DNA from: Myxococcota bacterium
GTDB taxonomy: Bacteria > Myxococcota_A > Polyangia > Nannocystales > Nannocystaceae
Direction: 5' to 3'
NCBI GenBank assembly: GCA_039194325.1
Contig: JBCCWC010000008.1
Span: 1 to 64,000, forward strand
DNA length: 64,000 bases
Of this stretch, positions 59,354 to 64,000 are shown in pieces (within the stretch, counting starts at the first letter, position 1; every line of letters begins with the position of its first letter). The notes below the pieces were generated by a model that saw only the letters and a program-made list of their open reading frames with translations, ran no database searches and was not told the origin of the DNA. Made by a program: the position numbers and the translations under genes.

Positions 59354-59926
59354 CTAGTCGGCCGGGAGATCGAGGATGCCGTCGTAGAGAGTGTCGATCG
59401 TGAGGCTGATCTCGGGGCTGAGCGCAATCCGGCCGCCCGGCTCGACGACCTCATAACGCCAGGCACCATCCGACTGGCGCTGGAACCACTCGATCCGCGG
59501 GGCGGCCTGGGACACGAGGAGGTAGTGGGAGAGCGACGGGATCTGTCGATAGCTGGCCCACTTGTCCCCGCGGTCGTAGGGCTCGGTGCTCCGCGAGAGG
59601 ACCTCGAAGACGGCCCAGGGATTGGCGAGCACGTCGTGGGTGCCCTCGGCAAGCTCGACTGGGCCATAGACCACGCTGACATCGGGGTAGACGTAGTGCT
59701 CGCCGCCGCGGGCAATGATCCGCTGGTCCGAGGTGAGCACGCGGCACGGCCCGCCGCGCAGCTCGGCTCGAAGATCCCCGATGATGGCGGCGCAGAGCGC
59801 ATTGTGACGCGGGCTGCCGCCCGCCATCGCAAAGACCTCGCCATGGAAGCACTCGTGACGCTCGGACTGGGTGCGCTCCCACGCGAGGTACTCGCTGGCG
59901 TTCATCTGGGTCGAGGGCAAGCCCAC
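59354..59926 (-). CDS. Uma2 family (PD-(D/E)XK) endonuclease
   Basis: AMAGGSPRH, YPDVSV, FEVLSRSTEPYDRGDK..Y..IPSL..YLLVSQ. Confidence 0.92.
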   Translation of the reverse strand: MGLPSTQMNASEYLAWERTQSERHECFHGEVFAMAGGSPRHNALCAAIIGDLRAELRGGPCRVLTSDQRIIARGGEHYVYPDVSVVYGPVELAEGTHDVLANPWAVFEVLSRSTEPYDRGDKWASYRQIPSLSHYLLVSQAAPRIEWFQRQSDGAWRYEVVEPGGRIALSPEISLTIDTLYDGILDLPAD

Positions 59927-59983
59927 GAGGATGATGATAGCACCGCGCCAGGCGCCCGGGACGTTCGAGCCGCGCTGGAAATC

Positions 59984-60586
59984 CTACGGCTCGCTGGCTT
60001 CGGCGATGGCCTCGTCGAGCTCGCGCCACAGGTCGTCGACGGGCAGCCGCAGCTCGGGACAGCCGGGCACCGACACCGTACCGTCGGTCGCGTTGACGAG
60101 GTGGACGTAGCGGCCTTGGTCGTTCAGCTCGAGGATCTCCACGCTGCGCAGCTGCGGGTCGACGAGCCAGTACCACTTGATGCCAAAGGCAGCGTACTCG
60201 GAGAGTTTTTCGATCCGATCTCGGCGAGCATCGCTTGGGGTGGCAGAGACGATCTCGACGGCGATGCTGGGCGGGGTTCGTACGGCGCCACGGGACGGCG
60301 GCCGGGGTGAACCCGCGAGAAACACGGAGAGATCAGGGCTGCGACCGGTGTCCTTGGTGAGGACGTACCGAAGGCCCGAGCCGACCACGCGCACACCGTG
60401 GGCACGACACCAAACGAGCAACAGCTCCATCAGCCAGGCCAGCGCTACTTCATGTAGGTAGCTGGGCTTCTCTGTCTCTACGAGGGTGCCACGCACCAGC
60501 TCTCCTCGATACTCATCAGAGAGCTCCGCCCAATCCTCTACCCGCAAGATAGGCGCAGTGCCCTGCGGTGAAGCGCCTAGTGGCAT
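59984..60586 (-). CDS. Uma2 family (PD-(D/E)XK) endonuclease
   Basis: ELVRG, SPDLSV, VEIVS...DRIEKLSEYAAFGIKWYWLVDP. Confidence 0.92.
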   Translation of the reverse strand: MPLGASPQGTAPILRVEDWAELSDEYRGELVRGTLVETEKPSYLHEVALAWLMELLLVWCRAHGVRVVGSGLRYVLTKDTGRSPDLSVFLAGSPRPPSRGAVRTPPSIAVEIVSATPSDARRDRIEKLSEYAAFGIKWYWLVDPQLRSVEILELNDQGRYVHLVNATDGTVSVPGCPELRLPVDDLWRELDEAIAEASEP

Positions 60587-60639
60587 CAAGACTCAGCATA
60601 TCACGGCGTCTCTGCCGCATCTTCAGGGTCCTCCGATAC

Positions 60640-63318
60640 TCACTCCTTGGCCAACCACGTGCGAACCGCCTCACCATGACGACGGCTGAAGCGAGCGACA
60701 TCATAGAGCAGCGTAGACAGGTCGATACGCGGGCGATGATCGTGAGGGCTGAAGGTCAGCCACTCATCAGCCTGAATCACGAGACCCTTGGTCACCCCAA
60801 GGAGTCGATCACGAACGTCGGCCGCAACGTCGACCTCCTCTCGCAGCATCGACAGCATGAAGACCAACGTACTCCATCGCGGCGGCTCGCCGTCACCTTC
60901 GAGCAACCGCTCGGCAGTGCGGGTCACGAGCCGCCGGTCGTCGGCCTCGCTGCCGAGCATCAGCAGCAGCGTCTCCCACCACGCGGCGTCCTCGTGGCGC
61001 ATCGCGACCAGCTCGGCCACCGCCTCGATGCCCCCCGCGTGAGTCTCCCGGAGTACGGCCCGACCGGCCAAGTATTCCATGATCGACAGATGCACGAACC
61101 CGCAGCGTCCCGGCTGCTGCTCGACGAGCAAGCCGGAGCTCGCCTCTAGCCAGCGGAGCCATCGCTTCGAGCGACCCCGAGCCTCGGTGGGATCGAGCTC
61201 GGGGAACCGCCACTGCACCAGTCTGGTCACCACCCGCTCGAGGTCGCCCCGGTTCACTAGGACATCGGCATCACGGATCCCCCCGCGTCCTATCTGCATC
61301 TGTAGCGCCAAGAGCTCCAAAAGCACCCGCTGCCGATCGGAGTCGATCTCGTCGAACCTCCGCCCGCGCGCCGCGGGCCAGGTGACCAGCATCAACTCCA
61401 CGACCAGCTCGTAGAGCCGGGCGCGGCGACCGGGGAGCTCGGCCTGGTGGTGGTGGACCAGGGCGATGAGGGTGGCCAGCAGCGGATTACGGGCGAGCTG
61501 CCGAGCGCGAGGCTCGGCCCGCAGGGCCTCGATCAGATCGGCTTGCTTGCGCGCCCGCTCGGTCGGGTCGTGCGGCTCGGCGACCGCGTACCAGCGCTGG
61601 ATGAACTGCTCCTGGCGCAGATCGTCGAAGGGCTCGAGCACGAAGGTCTCGAACACCTGGCGGTCGAGGGGCGCGTCGCGGTAGCCCACGACCCGGCTGG
61701 TGGCGATGATCGGGACCGCGGGATAGCTGGCCGCAAAGCCCTGGATCCGGGCACGTAGCCCCTCGCGCGCGTCGGCGGCGGAGACCTCGTCGAGGCCGTC
61801 GAGCAACAGCATGGCGCGACCCTCGTCGCACAGGGCGGCGAGCTGCGCCTCGGTGGCGGGCACCGACAGGACGGTGGCGGCCTGACGGGCGGCCATCGAC
61901 AACAGACCTTCGGTGGACCCCTCGCGCACCCAGTCGCGAACGGTGAGGAGCAATGGAACCGGACCGTCGGGCTCCTCGGCCGCGCGCAGCGCCAGGTACC
62001 GCGCGAGGGTGGACTTGCCGCTGCCCGGATCGCCGAGCACGACGACCCTAGCGGCCGGGCGCTCGGCGCGGCCGGCGGACTGCCAGCGCGGCTGGAGCTG
62101 GTCGAGCGCGTGGAGCGTGTCTTGTGTGGGATTGGCTCCACCGGGACTCCACGCTCGTAGCTCCAGCGGAACGTAGATCTCCCCGAGAGAAGCCTGCGGG
62201 CGCGGAGCGCTGTCGGGCAAGCCCAAAAAGCCCTGCTGGCCATGCACCCGAGCGACGGCGCGACGGAGCCGGTCGGACAGCGAAGCGGAGACGAGCCGCC
62301 CCGAGCTAGAGGAGGCCGCCGAGTTCCCCCGTCGACCCGCGGCCAGCGCCAAACTGACGACCCCATCCTCGCCCTGCCCCCCGTCGAGCCGCCAGCGCCC
62401 CCCGGCCCGCTCGTCCCAGGTGAGGAACACGAGCCGCAGCTGCCCGCCTTGCGGATCCCACGACCCCAGCGAGCATGCGTGCGTCCAGCCCGAGCCGGCA
62501 TACGCAGCGCCCGCCTCGACGGTCACCAGGCCCGTCCCGGGCGCAAACATCTGGCTGGCCTCGGACCGGTGCCGGTGCCCATGCAGCACCAGATCGAAGC
62601 TCCGCCGCAACAGGCCGTCGATCCGCTCCTCCTCGGCCTCGTGTAGCCAGCTCAGCGGGTGATGCAGCAGCGCGATCCGTAGCTGCGGCGCAGCTGCATC
62701 GAGCTCCTGAGCCAGATCGCGCACCTGCACCTCGCCCAGCACGATCCTCCGGTGCTTGCTGTCGTCGTCGGGTCCGCACATCCACGCCGAGCACATCGAA
62801 GCCACGCCCACGCGCACGCCATCGAGCTCGATCACGTCGCTGCGCCAGGGTCGATCGACGGAGACGGCTCGCGCGGGACCCAGCACCCGCTGGGTGTGCT
62901 CGCAAAACCCGTGCAATCGCTCGCCGAACCGGCGCATCAGCCGAGGCGTGGTGCACAGCCGCCCAACCTCGGTCCGAAACTCATCGTCGCCCATCGCGAG
63001 AACCTGCTTTTGGTAGGGCGCGATGAACTCCAGCTCGCTGCGATCGACGTCGTGGTTGCCCGGGACGAGGAACGCCCGCTCTCGCAGCTCCAGGTCCAGC
63101 ACCTCCGCGAGCGCGTCGAAGTACCGCTGGGCCTGCTCATACTCCGGCGACGTCCCCCCCCACGCGATGTCGCCGGTGACCATCAGCACCCGGGGCGAGA
63201 TCCCGACCCGCGGGCTCAGATCCGGCAGATCGCGAAGCAGATCCCGCAAGACGACGTCTCGTTCCCAGTCCTCGCCCCCCGACACGTGGAGATCCGACAG
63301 GTGCAGCCACTCGATCAT
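60640..63318 (-). CDS. Metallophosphoesterase-NACHT (STAND NTPase) fusion
   Basis: Phosphoesterase motifs: HLSDLH, TGD, PGNHD, LHHP, LHGHRH. NACHT motifs: IYVPL, GDPGSGKST, LLDGLDEV, ATSR, NPLL, FVHLSIMEYLAG. Confidence 0.92.
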   Translation of the reverse strand: MIEWLHLSDLHVSGGEDWERDVVLRDLLRDLPDLSPRVGISPRVLMVTGDIAWGGTSPEYEQAQRYFDALAEVLDLELRERAFLVPGNHDVDRSELEFIAPYQKQVLAMGDDEFRTEVGRLCTTPRLMRRFGERLHGFCEHTQRVLGPARAVSVDRPWRSDVIELDGVRVGVASMCSAWMCGPDDDSKHRRIVLGEVQVRDLAQELDAAAPQLRIALLHHPLSWLHEAEEERIDGLLRRSFDLVLHGHRHRSEASQMFAPGTGLVTVEAGAAYAGSGWTHACSLGSWDPQGGQLRLVFLTWDERAGGRWRLDGGQGEDGVVSLALAAGRRGNSAASSSSGRLVSASLSDRLRRAVARVHGQQGFLGLPDSAPRPQASLGEIYVPLELRAWSPGGANPTQDTLHALDQLQPRWQSAGRAERPAARVVVLGDPGSGKSTLARYLALRAAEEPDGPVPLLLTVRDWVREGSTEGLLSMAARQAATVLSVPATEAQLAALCDEGRAMLLLDGLDEVSAADAREGLRARIQGFAASYPAVPIIATSRVVGYRDAPLDRQVFETFVLEPFDDLRQEQFIQRWYAVAEPHDPTERARKQADLIEALRAEPRARQLARNPLLATLIALVHHHQAELPGRRARLYELVVELMLVTWPAARGRRFDEIDSDRQRVLLELLALQMQIGRGGIRDADVLVNRGDLERVVTRLVQWRFPELDPTEARGRSKRWLRWLEASSGLLVEQQPGRCGFVHLSIMEYLAGRAVLRETHAGGIEAVAELVAMRHEDAAWWETLLLMLGSEADDRRLVTRTAERLLEGDGEPPRWSTLVFMLSMLREEVDVAADVRDRLLGVTKGLVIQADEWLTFSPHDHRPRIDLSTLLYDVARFSRRHGEAVRTWLAKE

Positions 63319-63658
63319 GCGATGGTCTCGCGCTCGGGTTGCGCCCCGGGGATCCGGCGGCGTCTTGGTGGGTGCATGCGTGCCAGCGCCGGACCTAGCG
63401 GGCCTGCCCGGGCGACCGAGCGGACGACGATCCCGGCCGCGTCGTCCGCAGTGACGCTGTGATAGTCAACGCATGATACCCGCCCCGCGACCGCCACCGC
63501 TCGCCCAACGACCCCTGGTGGCCTCCTGACGCCCGTATACCGGCAAGAACCCGCCGAGCGGCGATCTACGTGCGACGCACCACGACCCAACGGGCGCCCT
63601 CGCCAGCGGCCACGTCACGTCTGGTCGAGGCCGCGACGCTCCGGTATGTTTGCTGCCG

Positions 63659-64000
63659 TTGTCGGATTTCGCCACGACCTTCGCCCGGGCCGAGCGCACG
63701 GCGATCATCAGCATCCTCCGCGCCAAGCCGGACGTCTCGCTCGAAGACCTGCGCATGCTGTGCCATCGCGGTCGCTTCGGTCGGATCCTCGGCACGCTCA
63801 CCCTGCGCGAGTACTGGAGCGGCACGCCCGACGAGACGATCGATCCGGTGACCGGCGCGCCGGACAAGCTCGCCCGACGCCAGCGCTACGACGACGAGGT
63901 GCTCGGCACGATGCGCGAGGCCGGCGAGCCCCTGTCGGCCGACGAGATCGCCGAGCGCGTGGGAGGCACCGCCGCCGATGCCCGCGTGGCTCTGCAGCGA
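63659..64000 (+). CDS. Probable winged-helix DNA-binding protein, partial (runs off the right edge)
   Basis: Manual translation from the TTG at 63659 is open to the edge: ...YDDEVLGTMREAGEPLSADEIAERVGGTAADARVALQR. Confidence 0.6.
   Translation, partial: MSDFATTFARAERTAIISILRAKPDVSLEDLRMLCHRGRFGRILGTLTLREYWSGTPDETIDPVTGAPDKLARRQRYDDEVLGTMREAGEPLSADEIAERVGGTAADARVALQR

Overview
A very GC-rich chromosomal segment of a myxobacterium. Evidence for this includes a MYXO-CTERM protein, a CglF/GltF-like peptide, an FHA-sigma54 activator, a Ser/Thr kinase and many Cys-rich lipoproteins. It holds about 45 CDS; I saw no rRNA, tRNA, CRISPR array or intact mobile element. Ordinary genes include tatBC, tadA, nfi, aidB, mepA, an HPF/RaiA protein, an MCP, a His kinase, a KirBac channel, a bestrophin and a sigma-70. 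Stand-out observations: (1) A membrane-anchored ECF sigma factor whose C-terminal 46 aa align without gaps to the small secreted CglF/GltF-like protein downstream. Both genes are preceded by the same bipartite motif TCACGGAA-N11-CGGCCAAGGA, making this a candidate new autoregulated envelope-sensing circuit. (2) A full animal-type classical calpain (CysPc-C2L-penta-EF) whose catalytic Cys is replaced by Asn. (3) A tightly packed six-gene run: antiporter, antiporter-ATPase fusion, MscS, tadA, dead metallo-beta-lactamase, and an EF-hand NADPH oxidase of NOX5/RBOH type. (4) A lysyl-oxidase lipoprotein. (5) A metallophosphoesterase-NACHT gene followed by two Uma2 nucleases. Family calls come from motif recognition by eye, not database searches, and many start codons are best guesses.
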